A DNA stretch of 56,856 nucleotides from Eubacteriales bacterium (GCA_028697835.1 JAQVDK010000001.1:1-56856), one strand, 5' to 3'; positions 17,719-26,317 are shown, numbered from the stretch's first letter. Program-made: numbers and translations. The notes: a model not told the origin generated them from the sequence alone.

Positions 17719-18240
17719 ATGGATAAATCTGAAAAAAATATACGAGCTACCAAAAGGCTTGTTTTGACCGCCCTTTTGTTCGGCACATCCCTTATACTTG
17801 CCTTTGTTGAAGGATTCTTTCCTGCTATTCCCATTCCGGGCGTTAAATTGGGGCTGTCAAACGTGGTTGTAATGTATGCCTTGTTTTTTCTTAGCAAAAA
17901 ACAAGCCTTTTCAATTGCGATTTTAAAAGGTATGTTTGTTTTTGCAACAAGAGGGCCCGTTGCAGGTGTTTTAAGCCTTAGCGGCGGCATTGTGTCCCTT
18001 GTGTCCATGATTATACTTTCAATCATAACCAAAAGAAATGCCTCGTATTTAATTAGCAGTGTAACAGGCGCCGTATTTCATAATGTTGGGCAATTTATGG
18101 CAGTGAGCCTAATTTATTCCTTTGCTGAAATATGGATATATTTACCTTGGCTTGTAATTTTGGGGATAGCCGCAGGCGCTTTTACATCTGTCTTGCTTAA
18201 GATTATTTTACCTGCTCTTGACAAGAGCGGTTTAAAATAA
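17719..18240 (+). CDS. Gx transporter / heptaprenyl-diphosphate-synthase-component-I-family membrane protein
   Basis: The 173-aa product has about 5 TM helices and the PGVKLGLSNVVVMYALFF motif typical of that family. Such proteins are usually paired with NusG_II proteins. Confidence 0.7.
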   Translation: MDKSEKNIRATKRLVLTALLFGTSLILAFVEGFFPAIPIPGVKLGLSNVVVMYALFFLSKKQAFSIAILKGMFVFATRGPVAGVLSLSGGIVSLVSMIILSIITKRNASYLISSVTGAVFHNVGQFMAVSLIYSFAEIWIYLPWLVILGIAAGAFTSVLLKIILPALDKSGLK

Positions 18241-18293
18241 AATAAAGGGAAAAGCTATAATTATCTTATTAATCTTATTTAGGAGGAGTTTTT

Positions 18294-19334
18294 ATGAAAA
18301 AGACTTTGTTAGCTCTAATTAGCTTTGCTATTGTAATTGGCCTTCTTGCAGGATGCAGGGCAAACCAGCCTTCGCAGCCTTCTCCATCACCTTCCCAAGG
18401 GGCTGATGACGGTCAAATCAAAACAGGCTATGCGGTTATTTCATCCGCCGAAAAATCCGCTGCAAAAGAAAACGGTGGAACAGCTCAGGTAGATTCAACC
18501 ATTGTCGGTGTTATTGTTGACGGCAGCGGCAAAATCCTAAACTGCGCCATAGATGCTGTTCAAACAATAGTTGAATTTGACGGCGAAGGAAAGCTTGTCA
18601 CCCCAAAAGACACTATCGTTCCCACAAAAACAGAGCTTGGCACAGAATACGGAATGAAAAAAGCGTCAAAAATAGGAAAGGAATGGGACGAGCAAATTAA
18701 GGAGTTTGCCAAATATGTAGTAGGAAAAACCGTAGACGAAGTTAAAGGAATTGCCGTTTCGGCTGAAGGCGCTCCTACCGACGCTGAGCTTTCGTCCACA
18801 GTAACCATTAAAATAGGCGGCTACGTAGCTGCTATTGAAAAGGCAGTGAAAAATGCCAAGCCAATTGGCTCCGGCGCCAATGACAAAATTGGCATAGGCG
18901 TTTCAACCAATATTAAAAATTCAAAAGATGCTACTTCTGATGCCGACGGCGTTGTGCAGGCATATTCAACCTACTCTATTTTGACTCTTGACAGCAGCGA
19001 CAAAATAACCGCTTCCATCATAGACGCCTCGCAGGTGGAAGTTAAGTTTTCCAAAGATGGAAAAATTACCTCCGATACAAAAGCGGCTCAAAAAACAAAA
19101 AATGAGCTTGGCACGGAATACGGAATGAAAAAAGCGTCCGGCATTGGCAAGGAATGGAATGAACAAGCAGAAGCTTTTGCAAAATATACAGTAGGAAAAA
19201 CTGTTTCTGAAGTAAACGGAATTGCAATTGACGAAACCACCGTACCCCAAGTTGATGAGCTAAAAAGCAGTGTAACGATTAAAGTTGGGGATTTGCTGAC
19301 TGCTATTGAAAAAGCAGGAGCCAACGCAAAATAA
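18294..19334 (+). CDS. lipoprotein with two tandem FMN_bind-like domains (PplA-like candidate flavoprotein)
   Basis: The lipobox is LLAGC. Two ~150-aa repeats each contain K[TN]ELGTEYGMKKAS...GKEW...GKTV.EV.GIA...S[ST]VTIK.G...AIEKA. The gene is adjacent to apbE. Confidence 0.7.
   Translation: MKKTLLALISFAIVIGLLAGCRANQPSQPSPSPSQGADDGQIKTGYAVISSAEKSAAKENGGTAQVDSTIVGVIVDGSGKILNCAIDAVQTIVEFDGEGKLVTPKDTIVPTKTELGTEYGMKKASKIGKEWDEQIKEFAKYVVGKTVDEVKGIAVSAEGAPTDAELSSTVTIKIGGYVAAIEKAVKNAKPIGSGANDKIGIGVSTNIKNSKDATSDADGVVQAYSTYSILTLDSSDKITASIIDASQVEVKFSKDGKITSDTKAAQKTKNELGTEYGMKKASGIGKEWNEQAEAFAKYTVGKTVSEVNGIAIDETTVPQVDELKSSVTIKVGDLLTAIEKAGANAK
18633..19138 (+). repeat. intragenic direct repeat marking the domain duplication
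   Basis: The 35-mer gagcttggcacagaatacggaatgaaaaaagcgtc at 18633-18667 recurs at 19104-19138 with one mismatch. Confidence 0.85.
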
Positions 19335-19349
19335 TTTATCAAACTGTTT

Positions 19350-19378
19350 CGGGGGCAACAAATGTTGCTCCCGTTTTT
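19350..19378 (+). terminator. intrinsic terminator or attenuating hairpin between the lipoprotein gene and apbE
   Basis: The stem is cgggggcaac/gttgctcccg (10 bp, one G-U) with an aaat loop, followed by TTTTT. Confidence 0.6.
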
Positions 19379-19416
19379 GTAAGTTGCAACATAAGCTAAA
19401 TGTTTGAGGTGAGAGC

Positions 19417-20460
19417 ATGACAAAAAGGGCTGTTGGCATTTTTTTAAGCTTTGTAATTTTAACCATGCCTCTTTCGGGCTGCAAAACGGAAAAAAAGCGT
19501 TATCAAGCACAATTTTTAAATCTATTCGACACGGTTACTGAAATTATTGCATACACAAATAACAAAGAAGAGTTTGAAATATATGCCAAGATGATACATG
19601 ACGAGCTTAAAACATATCATCAGCTTTACGACATATACGAAGATTATGAGGGAATTGTAAACTTAAAAACCGTTAACGAAAACGCCGGAAAAGAGCCTGT
19701 CAAGGTGGACAAGAAAATTATCGACCTTCTTAAATTTGCAAAATATGCCTATGACCTAACCGGCGGCAAAACCAATGTGGCCTTGGGCGCTGTTTTGAAA
19801 ATATGGCACAGCTATAGGCAGGATGGAACAGACAATCCCCAAAATGCCAAGCTTCCTCCTTTGGAAATGCTTGAAAATGCGAATTTACACAGTAATATTG
19901 ACGATGTTGTGATAGATGAAATAAATTCCACGGTATTTTTCAAGGATAAAGATTTAAAGCTTGATGTTGGCGCGGTGGCAAAAGGCTATGCCGTGGAACA
20001 GGTAGCTAAATTTGCAAGTGACATGGGCGTATCTTCAATGCTGATAAGCGTTGGAGGTAATATATGTGCTATCGGAAACAAGGACGAAGATACTCCTTGG
20101 AATGTGGGTATTTTAAACCCCAACAAGGAAGACGAGCAAAAAAACCTTTACGTTGTAAATATTAAAGATATGGCTATGGTTACAAGCGGTGATTATCAGC
20201 GTACATACACCGTCGGCGGCAAGCAGTATCACCATATTATAAACCCCCAAACCCTGTACCCGGCAGAGTATTTTACCGCAGTGACCGTAATATGTGAAGA
20301 TTCGGGCTTGGCGGACGCACTGTCCACAGCACTTTTTAACATGCCCTTTGAAGAAGGCTTTGCATTTGTCGAGGCTATTCCAAAGGTGGAGGCTGTTTGG
20401 CTTTTTAAAGACAAAACAACCAAATACACCTTTGGCTTTGAAGGTTTTATCAAAGAATAA
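19417..20460 (+). CDS. apbE: FAD:protein FMN transferase (ApbE/FmnB family) lipoprotein
   Basis: The lipobox is PLSGC. ApbE motifs GAVAKGYA, TSGDYQR and HHIINPQT are present. Confidence 0.85.
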   Translation: MTKRAVGIFLSFVILTMPLSGCKTEKKRYQAQFLNLFDTVTEIIAYTNNKEEFEIYAKMIHDELKTYHQLYDIYEDYEGIVNLKTVNENAGKEPVKVDKKIIDLLKFAKYAYDLTGGKTNVALGAVLKIWHSYRQDGTDNPQNAKLPPLEMLENANLHSNIDDVVIDEINSTVFFKDKDLKLDVGAVAKGYAVEQVAKFASDMGVSSMLISVGGNICAIGNKDEDTPWNVGILNPNKEDEQKNLYVVNIKDMAMVTSGDYQRTYTVGGKQYHHIINPQTLYPAEYFTAVTVICEDSGLADALSTALFNMPFEEGFAFVEAIPKVEAVWLFKDKTTKYTFGFEGFIKE

Positions 20461-20461
20461 C

Positions 20462-20490
20462 TTGTAAAATCATGCTTGTTGTGGTATTAT
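20462..20490 (+). promoter_or_regulatory. candidate promoter of the aminotransferase-trpS operon
   Basis: TTGTAA (20462-20467), a 17-nt spacer, then TATTAT (20485-20490). Confidence 0.4.
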
Positions 20491-20537
20491 AATACAGACA
20501 ATTACAGTTTGTTATTATCCGAAAGGAGAATACTATT

Positions 20538-21725
20538 ATGGATTTTACTTTTGCGCAAAGGGTTAAGGATTTAAAGGGCTCTGCCATAAGGGAATCTTTT
20601 AAGGCGTTGTCACGTCCCGGAATGATTAGCTTTGCCGGCGGCATGCCCGACCCGTCCACTTATCCCGTAGAAGAAATTAACACTATTGCCAACGAAATTT
20701 TTTCTGAAACCCCCATTACTGCTCTGCAATACGGAATTACCGAAGGGTATGCTCCTCTTATTGAGCAGACGAGAAAAAGGCTTTCAAATGCGAAAATAGG
20801 CTCCGAAGATGACAGTTTAATTATAACAAGCGGCGGACAACAAGCAATAGAGCTTATAACCAAAGCATTAATTAACGAAGGCGATGGGATTGCCTGCGAA
20901 GTTCCAAGCTTTATCGGCGCTCTTAATGCTTTTCGCTCGTATAATGCAAGACTTTATTCCGTTCCTGTGGAAGATGACGGGATGAATATTGACATTTTGG
21001 ACAAGACTCTTTCCGAAAACAAAAACATTAAATTTATATACACTATTCCCACTTTCCAAAATCCTTCGGGAATAACGATGAGCCTTGAAAAAAGAAAGCA
21101 GCTCCTTGACGTTGCCAAAAGGCACAATGTTTTAATTTTAGAGGACAACCCTTACGGCGAGCTTCGTTTTGCAGGTAAAGACGTTCCAACATTAAAATCC
21201 CTTGATAATGATGGAATTGTTATGTATGTGGGCTCGTATTCCAAAATATTGGCGCCCGGGCTTAGGGTTGGCTTTTTGCTGGCTCAAAAAGATATTGTTG
21301 AAAAAGCTGTCGTTTGCAAGCAGGTATCCGACGTACATACCGGTGTCCTTTCGCAAATGATAGTCAGTAAGTATTTGGAAAAATACGATATAAATGAGCA
21401 AATCAAAAAAAGCGCAAATCTTAATGGCAAAAAATGTGCCCTTATGCTTAAGTTTATAGACAAGTATTTCCCAAGTGATGTAAGCAGAACAAGTCCTGAG
21501 GGTGGACTGTTTTTGTGGTGCGATTTGGGCAGGGACATTGACAGCATTGAATTTGCCGCAAAATGTGTTGAAAAAAATGTGGCAATTGTAAGCGGTGCGT
21601 CGGCAATGCCCGACACTTCAAAAAAGACAAGCACCTTTAGGCTTAACTTTTCAATGGCTTCGGAGGAAAAGCTGGAGCTTGGTATAAAGACGATAGGAGA
21701 TGTAATCAGAAGTTATGGAAGATAA
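20538..21725 (+). CDS. PLP-dependent aminotransferase, class I/II fold
   Basis: The PLP-lysine motif SYSKILAPGLRVG is present, the product is 395 aa, and the N-terminus (KGSAIRE) is typical of the family. Confidence 0.8.
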   Translation: MDFTFAQRVKDLKGSAIRESFKALSRPGMISFAGGMPDPSTYPVEEINTIANEIFSETPITALQYGITEGYAPLIEQTRKRLSNAKIGSEDDSLIITSGGQQAIELITKALINEGDGIACEVPSFIGALNAFRSYNARLYSVPVEDDGMNIDILDKTLSENKNIKFIYTIPTFQNPSGITMSLEKRKQLLDVAKRHNVLILEDNPYGELRFAGKDVPTLKSLDNDGIVMYVGSYSKILAPGLRVGFLLAQKDIVEKAVVCKQVSDVHTGVLSQMIVSKYLEKYDINEQIKKSANLNGKKCALMLKFIDKYFPSDVSRTSPEGGLFLWCDLGRDIDSIEFAAKCVEKNVAIVSGASAMPDTSKKTSTFRLNFSMASEEKLELGIKTIGDVIRSYGR

Positions 21726-22710
21726 AAAGATTATTTTTAGCGGTGTGCAAGCAAGCGGCTTTCTAACCTTGGGCAATTATATCGGCGCCCTTAGAAACTG
21801 GGCAAAGCTTCAAGATGATTACAACTGCCTTTTTTGCGTTGTGGACCAGCACTCCATAACTGTAAGGCAAAAACCCGCCGATTTAAGAAAAAACGCTATG
21901 GACATTTTAAAGCTATACATTGCAAGCGGCATAGACCCTCATAAAAACATATTGTTTTTTCAAAGCCATGTGCCCCAGCACGTCGAGCTTGCATGGGTTT
22001 TAAACTGCAACACATACATGGGCGAGCTTCAAAGGATGACACAGTTTAAAGACAAAGCGTCGCGCCATAGCGACAACATTAACGCAGGTCTTTTTACCTA
22101 TCCCGTTCTTATGGCTGCGGATATTCTTCTTTACCAAACAGATGTTGTCCCTGTGGGCAACGACCAAAAGCAGCACCTTGAACTAACCCGGGACATTGCA
22201 CAAAGGTTTAACAACATCTACGGCGATGTGTTCAAAGTGCCCGAGCCTTATATCGGCTCCGTAGGCGCAAGGGTTATGAGCCTTCAGGACCCAACCAAAA
22301 AAATGAGCAAATCTGACTCGAATCCAAACGGCTATATTGCCATGCTTGATGACCCTGATACAATAGTGCGCAAAATCAAGCGTGCAGTTACGGACAGCGA
22401 AAGCGAAGTTGCATACCGCGAGGGAAAAGACGGAATTAACAACCTTTTAAACATATACAGCGCTGTTGCCGACAAAACCATTGACGAAGCCGTGGCGGAG
22501 TTTTCCGGAAAAGGCTATGGGGACTTTAAAGTAGCGGTTGCCGAGGCTGTAGTTGAGTGCCTGCGCCCTGTCCAGCAAAAGTTTAATGAGCTTTCAAAGG
22601 ATAAAGGCTATATAGAAAGTATTTACAAAGAAGGAGCGGCGCGTGCGGAAAGAATGGCGGCAAGAACCTTGCGCAAGGTGTATAAAAAGATAGGTTTCAT
22701 CGAAAGATAA
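21715..22710 (+). CDS. trpS: tryptophan--tRNA ligase
   Basis: The FSGVQASGFLTLGNYIGAL (HIGH-region equivalent) and KMSKS motifs are present. The product is 331 aa. Confidence 0.95.
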   Translation: MEDKKIIFSGVQASGFLTLGNYIGALRNWAKLQDDYNCLFCVVDQHSITVRQKPADLRKNAMDILKLYIASGIDPHKNILFFQSHVPQHVELAWVLNCNTYMGELQRMTQFKDKASRHSDNINAGLFTYPVLMAADILLYQTDVVPVGNDQKQHLELTRDIAQRFNNIYGDVFKVPEPYIGSVGARVMSLQDPTKKMSKSDSNPNGYIAMLDDPDTIVRKIKRAVTDSESEVAYREGKDGINNLLNIYSAVADKTIDEAVAEFSGKGYGDFKVAVAEAVVECLRPVQQKFNELSKDKGYIESIYKEGAARAERMAARTLRKVYKKIGFIER

Positions 22711-22724
22711 GGGGTTGGAAAGTT

Positions 22725-23789
22725 ATGGAATATGATTTGTTAAGGCTGTTTTTTACAATATTTATAGCTTTTTTGGTAAGCTTTGCATCAACTCCCGTTG
22801 TAAAAAGCCTGGCATATAAAATCGGTGCCATTGATGTGCCAAACGATGAGCGTAGGATGCACAAAAAACCTATTGCACGTTTGGGCGGCTTGGCAATTTT
22901 TTATGGGTTTATCGTAGCTATTCTTTGCTTTGCAGATATTAACCATACTATAAGGGGTATTTTAATCGGAAGCGTTATCATTGTAAGTCTTGGAGTTTTA
23001 GACGATGTTTTTCAGCTAAAATCACTTACCAAGCTACTGGTGCAAATCGTGGCGGCAAGCGTTGTAGTTATGCATGGGCTTAGGGTACACTATATTTCAA
23101 ATCCAAACATTTTCAGCTCGGACCCATATATTTCATTTGGAATTTGGTCTGCGCCGATTACAATTTTGTGGATTGTGGGCGTTACCAACGCCGTTAACTT
23201 AATTGACGGACTTGACGGCTTAGCGGCTGGTGTTTCCTCCATATCCTGTGTGTCGCTTTTGGCAATTTCACTTGTTACCAAAGAGCCTGAAATTGCAATT
23301 CTAACTGCCGCAGCAGCAGGAGCCGTTTTTGGATTTCTTCCTTATAACCTTCACCCGGCAAAAATCTTTATGGGCGATACAGGAGCGACATTTTTAGGCT
23401 TCTTCCTTGCCTGTGTAAGTATTATGGGGCTTTTTAAAAGCTATGCGGTTATTTCTTTTGCGGTTCCGTTTTTGATTTTGGGACTTCCGATTTTTGATAC
23501 AACTTTTGCAATTTTAAGGCGTGTGATAAATAAAAGGTCGCCAATGAGCGCAGACAGGGGGCACCTGCACCACAGACTTATTGATATGGGCTTTAACCAG
23601 CGTCAGGTAGTATCTATCCTATGCATAGGCAGTGCGCTTTTGTCCATGAGCGCCCTTGTTTTGCTTATGAGCGGCACAATACGCTCCCTTATACTTATAC
23701 TTTCCGTCATACTTTTGGTATGGATTGGTGTTAGGTCAATGGGCGATGAGAATAATAACAACGAGGTAAATAATAATGAAAAAAATTAA
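22725..23789 (+). CDS. tagO: undecaprenyl-phosphate GlcNAc-1-phosphate transferase (MraY/WecA/TagO family)
   Basis: VTNAVNLIDGLDGLAAG and FMGDTGATFLGF motifs are present, and the protein is polytopic. The C-terminal tail is Asn-rich. Confidence 0.85.
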   Translation: MEYDLLRLFFTIFIAFLVSFASTPVVKSLAYKIGAIDVPNDERRMHKKPIARLGGLAIFYGFIVAILCFADINHTIRGILIGSVIIVSLGVLDDVFQLKSLTKLLVQIVAASVVVMHGLRVHYISNPNIFSSDPYISFGIWSAPITILWIVGVTNAVNLIDGLDGLAAGVSSISCVSLLAISLVTKEPEIAILTAAAAGAVFGFLPYNLHPAKIFMGDTGATFLGFFLACVSIMGLFKSYAVISFAVPFLILGLPIFDTTFAILRRVINKRSPMSADRGHLHHRLIDMGFNQRQVVSILCIGSALLSMSALVLLMSGTIRSLILILSVILLVWIGVRSMGDENNNNEVNNNEKN

Positions 23790-24924
23790 GATTATGACTG
23801 TTTTTGGCACAAGGCCGGAAGCTATAAAAATGGCGCCTCTTGCCTTGGAGCTTAAGGCAAACCCCAATATTGACGATATTGTATGTGTAACCGCACAGCA
23901 CAGGGAAATGCTTGACCAGGTACTGGACATTTTTAATTTAAATCCTGATTTTGACCTTAATATAATGCAAAGCAGGCAAACTCTTGCAACTATTACAACC
24001 AAAGCCTTAGAAGGGCTTGATGGCGTTATAAAAGAAGCAAAGCCCGACATGATTTTGGTCCACGGCGACACTTCCACCACCTTCGTAGGGGCGCTGGCAG
24101 CCTTCTATAATCAGGTGCCGGTGGGTCATGTGGAAGCAGGGCTTAGGACATACGACAAATATTCACCCTTCCCTGAAGAGATGAACAGAAAGCTGACAGG
24201 GCAAATAGCGGAGTTGCATTTTTCACCTACCGTAAACAATAAAAATAATTTGCTGCGGGAAAATATAAGCGAAGATAATATTTTTATCACCGGAAATACA
24301 GTAATTGATGCCCTTAAAACCACGGTAGATAAAAACTATACGCTTTGTGACAGCATGAAGAATGTTGACTTTGAGGGCAAACGGGTAATTCTTTTAACCG
24401 CCCACCGCCGAGAAAACTTAGGGATGCCCCTTCGGAATATATTTAATGCCATAAGACGCATAATAAACGATTTTCCCGATGTTGAAGTGGTTTATCCAAT
24501 GCATATGAACCCTGCGGTAAGAGAGCCTGCAAGGGAAATTTTAGGAGACCTCCCAAGAGTACGGCTAATCGAGCCTGTTGATGTGCGAGATTTGCATAAT
24601 GCCATGGACAGATGCTTTTTTGTGATGACTGACTCGGGCGGAATTCAGGAGGAAGCTCCTTCATTAGGAAAGCCTGTATTGGTGCTTAGGAACGAAACCG
24701 AGCGCCCCGAAGCAGTGGCGGCAGGTACTGTAAAAATTGCGGGCGTGGACGAAGAAAATATTTACAGCTTAGCCCATCAGCTTCTTACAGACGAAAATGA
24801 ATACGCTAAAATGTCACATGCTGTCAACCCTTATGGCGATGGCTTTGCTTCAAAAAGGACGGTTGAAGCAATCCTGTATCACTTCGGCTTAGGCAAGCGG
24901 CCTTCGGATTTTATTATTACATAA
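23776..24924 (+). CDS. mnaA: UDP-N-acetylglucosamine 2-epimerase (non-hydrolysing)
   Basis: MTVFGTRPEAIKMAPL, HVEAGLRT and TDSGGIQEEAPSLGKPVLVLR motifs are present. Confidence 0.9.
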   Translation: MKKIKIMTVFGTRPEAIKMAPLALELKANPNIDDIVCVTAQHREMLDQVLDIFNLNPDFDLNIMQSRQTLATITTKALEGLDGVIKEAKPDMILVHGDTSTTFVGALAAFYNQVPVGHVEAGLRTYDKYSPFPEEMNRKLTGQIAELHFSPTVNNKNNLLRENISEDNIFITGNTVIDALKTTVDKNYTLCDSMKNVDFEGKRVILLTAHRRENLGMPLRNIFNAIRRIINDFPDVEVVYPMHMNPAVREPAREILGDLPRVRLIEPVDVRDLHNAMDRCFFVMTDSGGIQEEAPSLGKPVLVLRNETERPEAVAAGTVKIAGVDEENIYSLAHQLLTDENEYAKMSHAVNPYGDGFASKRTVEAILYHFGLGKRPSDFIIT

Positions 24925-24970
24925 AAAATACACGGTTTTTATTAAAAAGTCATATCATCATACAATAATA

Positions 24971-24999
24971 TTGACAAATTGGTTTAAAAGTATTATAAT
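24971..24999 (+). promoter_or_regulatory. consensus sigma-A promoter of the Fur-family gene
   Basis: TTGACA (24971-24976), a 17-nt spacer, then TATAAT (24994-24999). An AT-rich dyad-like sequence follows. Confidence 0.6.
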
Positions 25000-25038
25000 T
25001 AAATTAGTAACAATTATTATTATTGAGTTGGTGATGGT

Positions 25039-25431
25039 ATGATTAAAAAAAGCAGTAAACAACGTGATGCAATCATACAATCAGTAAAAAATCGTCGTGA
25101 CCATCCAACGGCTGATGAAATTTATGCACAGCTGCGCGAAAGCTATCCTAATATAAGCCTTGGCACAGTTTATAGAAATTTGGCAAAACTTTCGGAGGCG
25201 GGCTTCATAACCAGGATCAGTTGTATTGAAGGTGCCGACAGATTTGACGGGGATACCTCTTCGCATTACCACTTCCAATGCATAACTTGCAGGAAAATAT
25301 GCGATATAGATATGGATGTGGACACTAACCTTAATGCAAAGGTAGAAAAACTGCTTGATGCTCACGTGGACGACCATATGGCAATGTTTTTTGGAACTTG
25401 CTGCAAATGCAAAGGTCTTGCTAAAATTTAG
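25039..25431 (+). CDS. Fur-family metalloregulator (PerR/Zur/Fur subtype unresolved)
   Basis: A winged-helix segment (HPTADEIY...SLGTVYRNL) is present, together with HYHFQCITCRK and a C-terminal CCKCK Cys cluster for a structural Zn site. Confidence 0.8.
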   Translation: MIKKSSKQRDAIIQSVKNRRDHPTADEIYAQLRESYPNISLGTVYRNLAKLSEAGFITRISCIEGADRFDGDTSSHYHFQCITCRKICDIDMDVDTNLNAKVEKLLDAHVDDHMAMFFGTCCKCKGLAKI

Positions 25432-25455
25432 AAAGACCTTTTTTGGTGTATATTT

Positions 25456-26286
25456 TTATACAGCAACGGGAATTTTTTCTTTAAGCGGATGGTAGTTATA
25501 ATTATCCAGTGAAAAACTGTTCACTGTAAAGTTATAAAAATCCGTAACGCTTTCATCAATATTAAGCTTTGGCGCTGGGTATGGAATGTTTTTAATAATT
25601 TCCTCCACCATTGGAATATGCCTGTCGTAAATATGGGCATCGGCGATAACGTGAACCAACTCCCCTGCTTCAAGACCGCTTACTTGCGCCAGCATGTGAA
25701 CCAAAACCGCATATTGGCAAACGTTCCAATTGTTTGCAACCAGCATATCTTGCGAGCGCTGGTTTAAAATGGCATTAAGGCGATTTCCTGTAACATTAAA
25801 CGTAACGCTGTACGCACAAGGATATAAATTCATCTCATGCAAATCGGCATGGTTGTAAATATTGGTTATTATCCTTCTGCTAAGTGGATTGTTTTTAAGG
25901 TCGAAAATAACCCTGTCAACTTGGTCGAACATTCCTTCGGGATATTTGTGCTTTATTCCAAGCTGATAGCCGTAGGCTTTGCCAATAGAGCCCGTTTCAT
26001 CAGCCCACGAGTCCCAAATCCTGCTGTTTAAATCATTTATGTTGTTTGATTTTTTCTGCCATATCCATAAAAGCTCATCCACTGCTGCTTTAAAATTGGT
26101 TTTCCTGATTGTAAGGATTGGGAACTCTTCAGCCAAGTTATACCTGTTTACAACCCCAAAAAGCTTTATAGTATGTGCCTTTTGCCCATCCTCCCACCTT
26201 GGTCTTACATCATAGCCTCTGTCTGAAAAGCCATTATTTAATATATCCTTGCAATTTTGAATGAAAATATTGTCAGCTATGCTCAA
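25456..26286 (-). CDS. thyA: thymidylate synthase (ThyA type)
   Basis: The 276-aa product carries the LYPCAY active-site Cys region and RSQDMLVANNWNV, resembling the long B. subtilis ThyA form. Confidence 0.9.
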   Translation of the reverse strand: MSIADNIFIQNCKDILNNGFSDRGYDVRPRWEDGQKAHTIKLFGVVNRYNLAEEFPILTIRKTNFKAAVDELLWIWQKKSNNINDLNSRIWDSWADETGSIGKAYGYQLGIKHKYPEGMFDQVDRVIFDLKNNPLSRRIITNIYNHADLHEMNLYPCAYSVTFNVTGNRLNAILNQRSQDMLVANNWNVCQYAVLVHMLAQVSGLEAGELVHVIADAHIYDRHIPMVEEIIKNIPYPAPKLNIDESVTDFYNFTVNSFSLDNYNYHPLKEKIPVAV

Positions 26287-26317
26287 AGGTAACCCTCCTG
26301 TCGTGTTGGCAATAAAA

